From positions 42,240 to 106,239 of IMG/VR virus record IMGVR_UViG_3300008459_000008: DNA of 64,000 nucleotides; one strand, 5' to 3'. This DNA comes from a virus. Each line of letters opens with the position of its first letter. Position 1 is the first letter of the stretch. The position numbers were made by a program, and so were the translations under genes. The notes under the pieces are model-generated. The model was not told the origin of the DNA and searched no databases. It saw only the letters and a list, made by a program, of their open reading frames with translations. This document shows positions 28,696-38,143 of the stretch, piece after piece.

Positions 28696-29823
28696 GTGTT
28701 CTAAGGCTTTTTCAACCAAATCTCTATAACCTTGATAATCATTATCATTGAGTATGTCATTTAACATAGCCTTCAACAACGTCCTTCTACTTTCAAAACC
28801 AGGATCATAAATGTCTCCACTGGTCGAGGTTAACTCTATACAATTCTTACCTGGTGCATTATGCAATTTACCGTTTTTTTCATTCAATAAAGCTAATGTA
28901 TCCACAAATGGATAAAAGGCAAAATTCCACTTAGTTAATTGAACATTTATGTGTGACAAATAAACCTTGTCATTGTAATTGAAAAATAGTGATTCCAAAC
29001 CATCTGAAACATTTTTATTTTTCATCACCCAACCTTTATCTTTTGCGTAATTTTTGAACTTTATCATATCACTGTCATTTGCACAATATATCCTATCCAT
29101 AAAATATTCAGCAGGACATCCATCTACCTTTTTATCAAGTTTCCATATAAGAGCTCTACCTAAAACTTTATTATCTTGATTTACATAAGCTAATAATTGA
29201 CATACTTCTGGATTCTCTTTATAAATTCCGAAGTATCTCTGACAAACTGTATACCTCATACAAGAAGCACCCAACTGACCTTTATCAGGATAAGCATAAT
29301 TCATAAAATCATAATAGTAAGGAATTTCATCACCACTTATCAATTTGAATTCATTAGAAACTACAACAAATTCTGATTTGTATAAATTTACAAAATCTTC
29401 ATAATCCTTCTGAGTTAATCCTTGAATATGATCTTCGACAAAAGACAAATCTAAATCTTCAATTACATTGGGGTCACTTAGTAATGCTTGAGCAAATCTA
29501 CCAATCCTAATTTGGCCTCTGCCTGAAACATCATAATATTTTGAATTATCTTCATCCCACTGCATGGGTGTTCTTTTAGCTCTTTGATCGGATAAAAATG
29601 AAACCATTTCTGGTTCATTTGTAACATCAATCCAGTTTTGTGGAAGGTCTTTTACAATATAATATTCTTCACCAAAAAGAACATATAATATTTCAGCTAC
29701 TTTACTTTTATCTCTTATCTTATTTAATCTTGATAAAAATTCAGGTGATGCATTCAAATCGTTTTCTAGTATCAAAGAAATGACTTGTTTTTCAAGAATA
29801 AACCCATCAAAATTATTTATCAT
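28681..29823 (-). CDS. Unknown conserved-domain protein (SCM/GRALIW/YPxxDT family, copy 1)
   Basis: LGASCMRY...GRALIW...MDRIY...YPFVDT; start moved to ATG 29823 (MINNFDGFILE). Confidence 0.7.
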   Translation of the reverse strand: MINNFDGFILEKQVISLILENDLNASPEFLSRLNKIRDKSKVAEILYVLFGEEYYIVKDLPQNWIDVTNEPEMVSFLSDQRAKRTPMQWDEDNSKYYDVSGRGQIRIGRFAQALLSDPNVIEDLDLSFVEDHIQGLTQKDYEDFVNLYKSEFVVVSNEFKLISGDEIPYYYDFMNYAYPDKGQLGASCMRYTVCQRYFGIYKENPEVCQLLAYVNQDNKVLGRALIWKLDKKVDGCPAEYFMDRIYCANDSDMIKFKNYAKDKGWVMKNKNVSDGLESLFFNYNDKVYLSHINVQLTKWNFAFYPFVDTLALLNEKNGKLHNAPGKNCIELTSTSGDIYDPGFESRRTLLKAMLNDILNDNDYQGYRDLVEKALEHLSSS

Positions 29824-29873
29824 AAGTTTATATATATTTTTTGTTATATTGAATAATATTCTTACATTTGTAT

Positions 29874-30803
29874 ATGGTAAAATCAATCTTTCTGATAGTT
29901 ATATTATTTGTCACCACAAATTCAAATTGTCAAACTTTTATCCAACCCAACAGCCACTGGCACCGTATGTGGGACTTCGTATCTTGTCCAGGTTTAGGGT
30001 ATGATCACCACAGGTATGTAGGAGACACTCTATTCAACAATAATTCCTATTCCAAAATAGAAAATAAACAATATTCTGTATACTTGGACCAAATGAATGG
30101 GACACAAAATTATTATATTCATCAAAAAAAATCAACTTACTTGAGACAAAGCTTTGACACAATTTTTATTTTTGATGAAGAGTATTCTGAGGATAGATTT
30201 GGGTGGTCTCAAAACCCAAGTGTTGGTGAATTATATTATCTTGGTAAGGTCAAAAATTTTATCTCTCAAAACGATATTAAAGTTTATTCGAGGGTAGATT
30301 CTATTTCAACCGAAATCATACAAGGGCAGGAAACTAAATGGATTTATTCAACTACGAATTTAGATTCTTTAGGCAATCCAATAAATTATTATACCACAAA
30401 ATTTAATTATATTATCAAATTAAACACTTTGATGGGTCCAATAACTGAATGGATAATTCCAAGTACAACTTCTCTTTCTTGTTTTGAGTCATCAATCACC
30501 ACCAAGATAAATTATTCTGGTCTAGATTGTAATGCTGGACTTGATTTTGATTGTGAGACTACAACTCATAGTCACGAAAATAAACTGAATGATATAAAAA
30601 TATATCCAAATCCGATTATTGATTATTTTACAATCACGAATTGCAAAAATAAAATTATTAGTTTGAGAAACACTGATGGTAAACAATTATCTAAGACAAC
30701 GATTATATCTGACAATCATAAGATAGATCTGAAATTTTATCCCAATGGAACGTATTTTATTTTTTTGGATGAAAAATTTTTACAAAGAATTGTAAAAATT
30801 TAA
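29874..30803 (+). CDS. T9SS type A sorting domain-containing secreted protein
   Basis: Signal peptide ending SNC-Q; C-terminal IKIYPNP...IDL..YPNGTYFI...RIVKI; TACATTTG at 29863-29870. Confidence 0.8.
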   Translation: MVKSIFLIVILFVTTNSNCQTFIQPNSHWHRMWDFVSCPGLGYDHHRYVGDTLFNNNSYSKIENKQYSVYLDQMNGTQNYYIHQKKSTYLRQSFDTIFIFDEEYSEDRFGWSQNPSVGELYYLGKVKNFISQNDIKVYSRVDSISTEIIQGQETKWIYSTTNLDSLGNPINYYTTKFNYIIKLNTLMGPITEWIIPSTTSLSCFESSITTKINYSGLDCNAGLDFDCETTTHSHENKLNDIKIYPNPIIDYFTITNCKNKIISLRNTDGKQLSKTTIISDNHKIDLKFYPNGTYFIFLDEKFLQRIVKI

Positions 30804-30833
30804 ACTTTGGTTATTCTACTTATTATAACTCTT

Positions 30834-30987
30834 GTCGATTGAAGTAGTGTAATATAGTTCTCGGAAACTAACGGAATATAAAAAGCACAGACCGCCTGAC
30901 CCTGGCAATAGATCTTACATCATGCTTGTAAGAACGGTAAAGTTGAGGTGAATGCCGTTAATCCTCAGAATTCAATTGAGCCCCGAC
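30834..30987 (+). ncRNA. Candidate structured non-coding RNA with pseudoknot
   Basis: GC-enriched intergenic segment closed by CGATTGAA/TTCAATTG; GAAA- and GCAA-capped hairpins; TCTTACA/TGTAAGA hairpin; ACGGTA/TGCCGT stem whose loop TGAGG pairs with downstream CCTCA; own promoter-like motif and terminator. Confidence 0.65.
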
Positions 30988-30992
30988 CCTCT

Positions 30993-31024
30993 AAAAAAGT
31001 CCGAATTTTTTCGGACTTTTTTTT
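30993..31024 (+). terminator. Intrinsic terminator of the candidate ncRNA
   Basis: AAAAAAGTCCGAA-TTTT-TTCGGACTTTTTTTT. Confidence 0.85.
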
Positions 31025-31044
31025 GTTTTAGTATAAAATTGTTA

Positions 31045-31052
31045 TATCTTTG
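31045..31052 (+). promoter_or_regulatory. Bacteroidota sigma-A-type -7 element
   Basis: TATCTTTG (TAnnTTTG) with TTTG ~20 nt upstream; 22 nt before ATG 31075. Confidence 0.7.
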
Positions 31053-31074
31053 TAACACTAAATCAAAATACAAT

Positions 31075-31950
31075 ATGTCAACATTCCTATTCTCTCGTGG
31101 TTATAAAAAGTATAACAAAGTAGATCTGTTCAAAAAAATTGATGCAGTTGAAATCTTTCGTGAAGGCAGCCAAATCATCACTAAATATTTCAATCGTGTA
31201 GTGAATAATACACCGGTTTCTGACCGTTATGAGGTATTTGACATTCGTTCCTTTATGAAATCTAAAATTGAATTGTTGGAGGCAAATTTCAACATCAGTT
31301 TCTATAATTTCCGTATGAAAGGAGGTATCCAAGAACTCATTCTTCTCTCAGATGAAGTAGAAATCGCTGGTTCTAATTACTATAAAGCTTTCTTTATTCT
31401 TAATTCATCAGACAAATCTCGTCGTCTCAATATGAACCTCGGTCTTTATCAAGCTGATAATGGTGTTTACCTTGTCAATTCCATTAAGAATTTTTCACTT
31501 ACTACCAAACACCTCAAGGGTATTACCGATAAAGCTGAAGTTGCTTCCACACACATTGATGTTGAAACTTTTGACGAACAAATCCAATCCATCCGTTCAT
31601 TGGTAGGGGAAAGAGTGATGATGTCCCAAGTTAGAAATATCATCATCGATAAAGACCAAAAGGTAAACCATAATAAGTTTGACGCACTTAAGAATGTGCT
31701 ACGTTGGAACTATTCTAAAAGTTTTACTAAAGAACAAATTGGTATAATTTTAACACCTAGTGAGAAATTAACTATCAATACATCTAATGACTTCTCTATT
31801 GATGCTTTCACTGTGTTTCTAGCTTATATGAACGTGTTCCGAAACCAAGATTCGTATGTTGTTAGGAAAGAAACTGAGAAGATTTTGAAAATCACACAGT
31901 GCTTCATTCGTGAAGAAAAGTTAGCACAGCTTTTGGATATGTTGGATTAA
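31075..31950 (+). CDS. DUF932-like protein
   Basis: VSDRYEV...ILNSSDKS...NLGLY...KH pattern; start moved to ATG 31075 because the upstream part of the ORF overlaps the ncRNA and terminator. Confidence 0.5.
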   Translation: MSTFLFSRGYKKYNKVDLFKKIDAVEIFREGSQIITKYFNRVVNNTPVSDRYEVFDIRSFMKSKIELLEANFNISFYNFRMKGGIQELILLSDEVEIAGSNYYKAFFILNSSDKSRRLNMNLGLYQADNGVYLVNSIKNFSLTTKHLKGITDKAEVASTHIDVETFDEQIQSIRSLVGERVMMSQVRNIIIDKDQKVNHNKFDALKNVLRWNYSKSFTKEQIGIILTPSEKLTINTSNDFSIDAFTVFLAYMNVFRNQDSYVVRKETEKILKITQCFIREEKLAQLLDMLD

Positions 31951-31955
31951 AATTG

Positions 31956-31963
31956 TACCTTTG
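31956..31963 (+). promoter_or_regulatory. Bacteroidota sigma-A-type -7 element
   Basis: TACCTTTG 8 nt before ATG 31972. Confidence 0.65.
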
Positions 31964-31971
31964 TAAGACTT

Positions 31972-33219
31972 ATGGCATACACAAGAAAAACATCTGATAT
32001 AATTACCTCACACGATTTGGATTATATCCTTCATCAAATGAAGGATAAATCTGAAGTTGCTAGACTACTTATTAAGCAAAGACACCCGATTGAAAATTTA
32101 GTTGATGATCACATTAATTATATTTCGATATCAAGTTCTGATTGTACTAAAATTTCTTACTTAACATCAGAGAGAATTGATGCCCTATTATCCAATGGTG
32201 AAGATCTTTGGACATCTAGTAAAAGATTTCATATCAAACCAGGTGCCTTTATTGGTAAAATATTTAAAAATATCCCACCACGCGAGGTAGAATTATTTTC
32301 TACTTTATTCAGAAATATTCAAACTAAAATAGAAATGGAATTCCGTGTGGTGAGTGGATCGTATATTTACCCCTACTATCATCATTCATCCTACCTAAAT
32401 GAAAATGGTTCATTAGGTGCCTCTTGTATGAAGTATGACCAATGTCAAGACTACTTAGACTTATATACACTGAATTCCAATACGGTTAGTCTTTTAGTTC
32501 TGTTGAATAATAGAAATAAACTCATAGGCAGAGCCTTACTCTGGTCAATTGGAGACACTAAAATTATGGATAGAATTTATACAGTCAATGATGAAAACTA
32601 TCAATACCACTTTAAAAAGTGGGCTGATGATAACGGTTATTGGTATAAAAAAGAACAAAGATGGAATAACACACTTTATTTCGAGCAGAAGGGAAAAGTA
32701 GACTATAAAGAACTTGAAATACAACTTAAGAATTTTGATTTTGAATATTACCCATATATGGATACTTTCAAATTTGTCGATTTGAAGAATGGTGTATTAT
32801 ACAACTATCAGCCAAATGGTGTAAAATTCAATACTATTTCCTCAGCAGAAGGTAAAGTTCAATCAGATAGTATTTATTCAATGTGTGAAAAAACAAAAAC
32901 TTTCCATTCAAGTGATTATATTAATTATGTACCAAATAGAGGAATAAGAGTTTGTGCTGATTTGACTGTTTATTCGGATATCTATGACATTTATATTCTG
33001 AGAGAAGATGCTAGATATGATCAAGATTTGGGTGATTGGATTTATCAAGATGACGATTTAAACAATGATATTTTAATTGAAAAGAAAAAATCTGAAGTTA
33101 AGTCAAACTCACGTTGGGTAGATTTATCAAACGTTCCAATTGAATATCATCTGATTTCGGAGGAAGACAACGAAGAGGTTCCTCCTCCACCACCACAAGA
33201 GGAATATTCACCCTTTTAA
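31972..33219 (+). CDS. Unknown conserved-domain protein (SCM/GRALLW/YPYMDT family, copy 2)
   Basis: LGASCMKY...GRALLW...MDRIY...YPYMDTF. Confidence 0.7.
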   Translation: MAYTRKTSDIITSHDLDYILHQMKDKSEVARLLIKQRHPIENLVDDHINYISISSSDCTKISYLTSERIDALLSNGEDLWTSSKRFHIKPGAFIGKIFKNIPPREVELFSTLFRNIQTKIEMEFRVVSGSYIYPYYHHSSYLNENGSLGASCMKYDQCQDYLDLYTLNSNTVSLLVLLNNRNKLIGRALLWSIGDTKIMDRIYTVNDENYQYHFKKWADDNGYWYKKEQRWNNTLYFEQKGKVDYKELEIQLKNFDFEYYPYMDTFKFVDLKNGVLYNYQPNGVKFNTISSAEGKVQSDSIYSMCEKTKTFHSSDYINYVPNRGIRVCADLTVYSDIYDIYILREDARYDQDLGDWIYQDDDLNNDILIEKKKSEVKSNSRWVDLSNVPIEYHLISEEDNEEVPPPPPQEEYSPF

Positions 33220-33227
33220 ACAAAATT

Positions 33228-33262
33228 AAAATCCCTCATATAAATTTGATATGAGGGATTTT
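33228..33262 (+). promoter_or_regulatory. 14-bp hairpin/terminator sequestering the start codon of 33251
   Basis: AAAATCCCTCATAT-AAATTTG-ATATGAGGGATTTT; the ATG lies in the 3' arm. Confidence 0.6.
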
Positions 33263-33979
33263 GTTTTAAATAAGTTGGAAGTTTTCAATGATTCAAAATT
33301 CATATTTGATCCAAAGTGGCATAAATACACTTACGATGGTAAACAGTTTGAATCTGTAACTAAATTTATACAGAGATTTCATAAACCATTTGATCAAGAT
33401 TATTGGTCAAAGAAGAAGGCTGAGAAAACAGGTGTTGAACAATCGGAAATTCTAGAACAGTGGAAAATAATAAATGAAAGGGCTAATTTCATAGGAACAT
33501 CAACACATAATTGGATAGAAAACTATTTCAATAAAATACATCAAGATATACCAAGTGACTTAGATGTCGTTGATAGAATAAACAAATTCAATCTAATTTA
33601 TGCTAAACATTTATACAAATTGGAACCAATTAAATTCGAACAGCGAGTATTTTCCGTAGATTGGGGATTAGCTGGGACATTTGACGCATTGTTTGTTTAT
33701 AAAGATAAATTAGTAATTTTAGATTGGAAAACCAATAAAAATTTTGCCACCTCAAATTCTTATGGTGAGAAATTACTAGAACCATTTCAGGATTATGATA
33801 AATGTCATCTTAACGAATATTCAATCCAAATATCAATGTATAGTCTCATTCTAAGTAAAATTGGATTAGATGTAAAGGTTGGATATATTCTATACATCGG
33901 ACCAGAGGGAGATCCACAAATTCATAAATGTCATGATTTTAAGGATTTACTTGAAGAATATCTCAAAAATCAAGCATAA
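33251..33979 (+). CDS. PD-(D/E)XK family exonuclease
   Basis: SVT, GT..H..IE, E...LAGTFD, ILDWKTNK, Y..Q...Y motifs. Confidence 0.8.
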   Translation: MRDFVLNKLEVFNDSKFIFDPKWHKYTYDGKQFESVTKFIQRFHKPFDQDYWSKKKAEKTGVEQSEILEQWKIINERANFIGTSTHNWIENYFNKIHQDIPSDLDVVDRINKFNLIYAKHLYKLEPIKFEQRVFSVDWGLAGTFDALFVYKDKLVILDWKTNKNFATSNSYGEKLLEPFQDYDKCHLNEYSIQISMYSLILSKIGLDVKVGYILYIGPEGDPQIHKCHDFKDLLEEYLKNQA

Positions 33980-35220
33980 ATTCCAGCGGCCCCCAAAACT
34001 TGAACCCAATCATTATTAGACCTCAATATATTAAATGTGAATGCGGTTACAGTTGTTGGTAACGTAGTCGGTGGTGTCCCACCTATCCATCTGATTACTT
34101 TTGGTACACCATCTATCTCAAAACCTATTATTGTAAAATTCGTAATACCTTGATCTACAAAAACAGTAATATTTATAGCTCTTGAGTCGACAAGTGGTAA
34201 ATTAATAATATTAAGGGTGAAATCATTAGATGGTGACGATACGTAAAACACTGAACCAAGATTGAAATCAAAATTAACCGTAGCGTTTGTAACAAGGATT
34301 GAGTCAACCAAGACAGTTGTTATATTCTGTAATGTTGTATCACCTTGTAAAATTGCATAATTTAACGTAGGGGTGTCGATACTAGGAGATTTTATTATTG
34401 GTTGATCGAGAGATCCGAATATTTTTACATCACCAAGTATAGAAAATGTTAATCCATCGTAAGTTAAATCATCTTGACCAATTAGTCCATTTTCGGTTCC
34501 ATCGCTAAGTACAAATTTATTTTGACCAAAGTTATTTATAATGTAACTAGGACCAGTCGAACCTTGAGGACCATCATTTCCAGCCGGACCAGAAGGACCA
34601 GTCACACCAGGACCAAAATTTACCTGTTTCCACTCACCACCAATTCTAACATTCAGAGTTGGTTGTCCCAAATTATTCGGATTCCAATTCACACCATCTG
34701 AAAAGGCTATACAACCATCATTATCAACAGGTTCGATGGTATTATATGGTAAAATAACACCACCTTGGTAAAATTTATAATCAAATTCTACACCGGATTG
34801 TGTTCCACTTGTCCAATCAAATGATTTAAAAGACAAGGAACTTTTTTCAAGATCTTCCATAATGAAAGATATTTGTGCTCTTTCATTATACACAACTTCT
34901 TCATTTTGGTATGGAGTTGCTGGGGCTGAAGATGGACCATCCCAATCCCAAGCTCTGAAGAGATAATTAGGACCCCCCTCATTTACGTGATTAGTAAATC
35001 TTATGGTATATGGACCATCTATATACAGGTGGTGACTATTGAATTTTACTTCTTTTGTAGTATTCCATCTGTCCAAATTATCTATAACAAGAGGTTTGTT
35101 TTGTAATTGAACATAATCTCTGAGTTGGGATGTAGCGAGACCTTCTAGGTAAGTCAAATTACCATCCATTTCCTCTATCGAAAGTTTACTACCTTTGAGT
35201 GTTCTTGTTATAAGTGGCAT
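33970..35220 (-). CDS. Tail fibre-like protein with a short collagen-like segment
   Basis: N-terminal R..KG..L...EMDGN; GPGVTGPSGPAGNDGPQGSTGP repeat; beta-rich C-terminal domain. Confidence 0.6.
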   Translation of the reverse strand: MPLITRTLKGSKLSIEEMDGNLTYLEGLATSQLRDYVQLQNKPLVIDNLDRWNTTKEVKFNSHHLYIDGPYTIRFTNHVNEGGPNYLFRAWDWDGPSSAPATPYQNEEVVYNERAQISFIMEDLEKSSLSFKSFDWTSGTQSGVEFDYKFYQGGVILPYNTIEPVDNDGCIAFSDGVNWNPNNLGQPTLNVRIGGEWKQVNFGPGVTGPSGPAGNDGPQGSTGPSYIINNFGQNKFVLSDGTENGLIGQDDLTYDGLTFSILGDVKIFGSLDQPIIKSPSIDTPTLNYAILQGDTTLQNITTVLVDSILVTNATVNFDFNLGSVFYVSSPSNDFTLNIINLPLVDSRAINITVFVDQGITNFTIIGFEIDGVPKVIRWIGGTPPTTLPTTVTAFTFNILRSNNDWVQVLGAAGIYA

Positions 35221-35236
35221 CTATAAAACTTCTTTT

Positions 35237-35968
35237 TTATTCGAAATATTCATCAATATAGTTTGGTTCAGTGTAATTATTACTTGAATATTCAATAAAG
35301 TAATATTCACGTAGTATATCTATTGATGTTGAATATCTATCTATCAAACTTATATTTTGGTTATCTACTGTATGAAAAGATGCGGTTCCTGGATAAACTC
35401 CAACCCAATAATTCGAAAAAGTAGGAGTAATTCTATTTTCTTTACTCCAAGTATACTCTTTGACACATTGAAATAATTTATCACCATAGTAAACGATAGA
35501 ATCTTTTTTGTATACCAAAGTCATAAGTGGACTTGAGATAAATTTAGGTATAGCAACTCTTAGATACTCGGGATAAAATGTAATTACATCAAGAATATCC
35601 GATGTGGTGGATGTGTTATATTGTTTGATATCACCTAAATATTTAGTTGATGTCAAATCAAAAAATTGGGTCCCAAGTGTATAAACACCTTTGGATAAAA
35701 ATAAAGATTGTAAATTTTTATTAGCTTGTGATTCTGTGAAATTTGATATTTTTTTGAAAGTTGTTTTCTTTAGATCATCAATAGATTTGTAGGTTCTTGT
35801 GTCGATTTTGAATTTGGTGTACATCACATCTTGTAACATTCCAGATTTACCATATTCAATTACCTCATCTATCAAATCATAATAATTTTGTAAGTAAGAT
35901 TCTCCCTTACTCACAATTTTAATGATTCTTTCATATAATTTTTCAATATCTTTTCTATATTGATTCAC
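35237..35968 (-). CDS. Hypothetical protein with a CBM5/12-like segment
   Basis: YKKDSIVYYGDKLFQCVKEYTW...P....YW. Confidence 0.45.
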   Translation of the reverse strand: MNQYRKDIEKLYERIIKIVSKGESYLQNYYDLIDEVIEYGKSGMLQDVMYTKFKIDTRTYKSIDDLKKTTFKKISNFTESQANKNLQSLFLSKGVYTLGTQFFDLTSTKYLGDIKQYNTSTTSDILDVITFYPEYLRVAIPKFISSPLMTLVYKKDSIVYYGDKLFQCVKEYTWSKENRITPTFSNYWVGVYPGTASFHTVDNQNISLIDRYSTSIDILREYYFIEYSSNNYTEPNYIDEYFE

Positions 35969-35989
35969 AAAAACTAATTATTTTTTTGT

Positions 35990-36316
35990 TTATTTGGTCT
36001 CATCTGTCTCAACATCCCCTACTATCTCATCTTTTGTTTTTTTGATTGTAGGATTTCCATCTTTATCTAAAAAGAAATAGTTATTTCCTTCTATTTTTTC
36101 TATTGGTTTTATACCAATAACCTCAGAAGCTGGTTTTTTGTCTGGACTTGACTTTTCATCATCACTTAATCCATTCCAATCTTCGATAGTTTTACCCTTT
36201 CTGAGATAAATTACTGTGTTACCAATTTCAAATTTTTTTTCTTGTTTTTTATCCTCAAAAAATAAATTTTCGTTAGTTATAAATTCCAAATAACTTACTA
36301 TCTTTTGAAATCTCAT
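35990..36316 (-). CDS. Hypothetical protein with capsid-targeting-like N-terminus
   Basis: MRFQKIVSYLEFITNE; TAATATATA upstream. Confidence 0.6.
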   Translation of the reverse strand: MRFQKIVSYLEFITNENLFFEDKKQEKKFEIGNTVIYLRKGKTIEDWNGLSDDEKSSPDKKPASEVIGIKPIEKIEGNNYFFLDKDGNPTIKKTKDEIVGDVETDETK

Positions 36317-36390
36317 AGAGATAAATTTTATTTTATATATTAAAAATCAATTTTATAAACTTGAAACAAACGTTTCCATATAAAACTATT

Positions 36391-36936
36391 ATGAATTGGA
36401 ACGAATATAAAGAATTATCAGAAAAAACTCTATCTACTGAATTCCACTGCGGTAAACAAGTAGAAAATTTATTACATGGAGTTATTGGTGTACTAACTGA
36501 ATTAGAAGAATTGATCGGTTGGAATGATGAAATCAATAAAAAAGAAGAAGTCGCGGATATTTTTTGGTATATCGCTCTTTTGGATAGAGAATTGGATTTA
36601 AATCTTGAAATAAAAAAGTTCGATAAAGGTATCTATCAATTGACAAATGAAACTTTGATAATGCAATCATTTAAAACAACTTGTTTACTATTAGATTATC
36701 TTAAGAAGAAAATTTATTACAACAAACAAATATCAATTGAAGATTTTTCAACACAAACTTTAAACCTTTTTGAGACAGTCTGTCTTTTTTGTGAAGCTAA
36801 TTCAATAGAAATAGAACATATTTTGGATACTAATATATCAAAATTAAAAGCCAGATACGGTGATAAATTTTCAACAGACAAAGCCATCAACAGGAATTTA
36901 GATTTAGAACGGACTATACTTGAACATAGTAAATAA
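36391..36936 (+). CDS. MazG-like NTP pyrophosphohydrolase
   Basis: G...E..EL...KEEVADIFWY...NISKLKARY; start moved to ATG 36391. Confidence 0.75.
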   Translation: MNWNEYKELSEKTLSTEFHCGKQVENLLHGVIGVLTELEELIGWNDEINKKEEVADIFWYIALLDRELDLNLEIKKFDKGIYQLTNETLIMQSFKTTCLLLDYLKKKIYYNKQISIEDFSTQTLNLFETVCLFCEANSIEIEHILDTNISKLKARYGDKFSTDKAINRNLDLERTILEHSK

Positions 36937-36980
36937 ACATACTAAATTCATTAGACTATAATAAAAAATAAAAACAATTA

Positions 36981-38141
36981 ATGAAAAAAACGTACAGATT
37001 AGCAATCTCACAGATTGTAAAAAATGAAGCCCACGTAATTGAAAGAATGTTGAATTCAATAAAAACTATCATAGATTGTGCTGTATTTGTTGACACAGGT
37101 TCTACCGATGGTACACAAGATGTCATTAAAAATTGGGGTGAGAAAAATAATATACCTGTCTTTGTATATGATAGACCATTCGATAATTTTGAAAATTCAC
37201 GAAATTATGCAATGCAAATGGTTAAAGATAAATCGGATTATGCATTCTGGTTGGATGCTGATGAAACAATAGATATAGATCCTAATTTCGATAAACACAA
37301 ATTAGATAAAGACCTTTATATGTTTAATACTTATATCGGTAATATGAAATATACTAGGAACGAATGTTGGAACACAAATAAAGCATTTAGATGGTACGGA
37401 CCAGTACATGAATTTATTGTTTGTGATGATAGAGATATTACATCAGGTCTCATGGATGGTATCACAGTGAGAGTTAAAATGGATGGTGGATCTTGGAAAG
37501 GCAATATTCCAGATAAGTATAAAAAGCACTCTATGATTTTAGAGGACTATATCGATAATAAAGATAGAAACGCTAGATGGGTATTCTACACAGCACAATC
37601 TTATCACGATTCTGCTACTATACCAGATAACAAATTTGAAAATGATGAGCGTCTTAGAAGGTCATTGAAATACTATAAAGAGAGAGTAAGCAGGACCGAT
37701 GGATATGAGGAAGAAAGATTTTATTCACAATTCCGTATTGGTACAATAATGAGAGCTCTAGAAGAACCTTGGTACATTGTTCAACAAGAGTTATTGAAAT
37801 CTTATAGTATGGACACATTAAGAGCAGAACCAATAAAAGTTATTGTTGACCATTACTTAAGTGTTGGTGAGTGGAATTTAGCCTATCTTTATTCAACCTT
37901 TGCTATTAACAGTTTACACGGTAAAAATCCATACCCAACTAGACTACTTTTCGTTGATGAGTCTCTATACGTTTGGAGGTTCTTAGAAGTCCACGCAGCT
38001 GCTTGTTTTTATACAAATCGTAAAGATGAAGGTAAGAAAGCGTATCAAGAACTTCTTGAAAAAATCAAAACACATCCTCAATATTTCACTCAAGAGGATA
38101 TCAATAAAATTCAACAAAATGCACCTTTTTTCGCTAACTAA
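36981..38141 (+). CDS. Glycosyltransferase family 2 with TPR-like C-terminus
   Basis: IVKNEAHVIERML, VDTGSTDGT, WLDADE, GPVHE motifs. Confidence 0.85.
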   Translation: MKKTYRLAISQIVKNEAHVIERMLNSIKTIIDCAVFVDTGSTDGTQDVIKNWGEKNNIPVFVYDRPFDNFENSRNYAMQMVKDKSDYAFWLDADETIDIDPNFDKHKLDKDLYMFNTYIGNMKYTRNECWNTNKAFRWYGPVHEFIVCDDRDITSGLMDGITVRVKMDGGSWKGNIPDKYKKHSMILEDYIDNKDRNARWVFYTAQSYHDSATIPDNKFENDERLRRSLKYYKERVSRTDGYEEERFYSQFRIGTIMRALEEPWYIVQQELLKSYSMDTLRAEPIKVIVDHYLSVGEWNLAYLYSTFAINSLHGKNPYPTRLLFVDESLYVWRFLEVHAAACFYTNRKDEGKKAYQELLEKIKTHPQYFTQEDINKIQQNAPFFAN

Positions 38142-38143
38142 TC

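Noticed and set aside
30834-30987. RNase P RNA, tmRNA, SAM riboswitch or group I intron identity for the ncRNA
   Set aside because: Only fragmentary resemblance (GGAAA, GGCAA, CAGAA); the diagnostic P4 helix, tRNA-like ends, SAM core and P7 elements are not present.
30952-31074. N-terminal extension of the DUF932-like ORF
   Set aside because: It runs through the ncRNA, terminator and promoter; ATG 31075 is the better start.
33251-33979. Cas4 and an associated CRISPR system
   Set aside because: No four-Cys Fe-S cluster pattern, other cas genes or array; a generic PD-(D/E)XK exonuclease.
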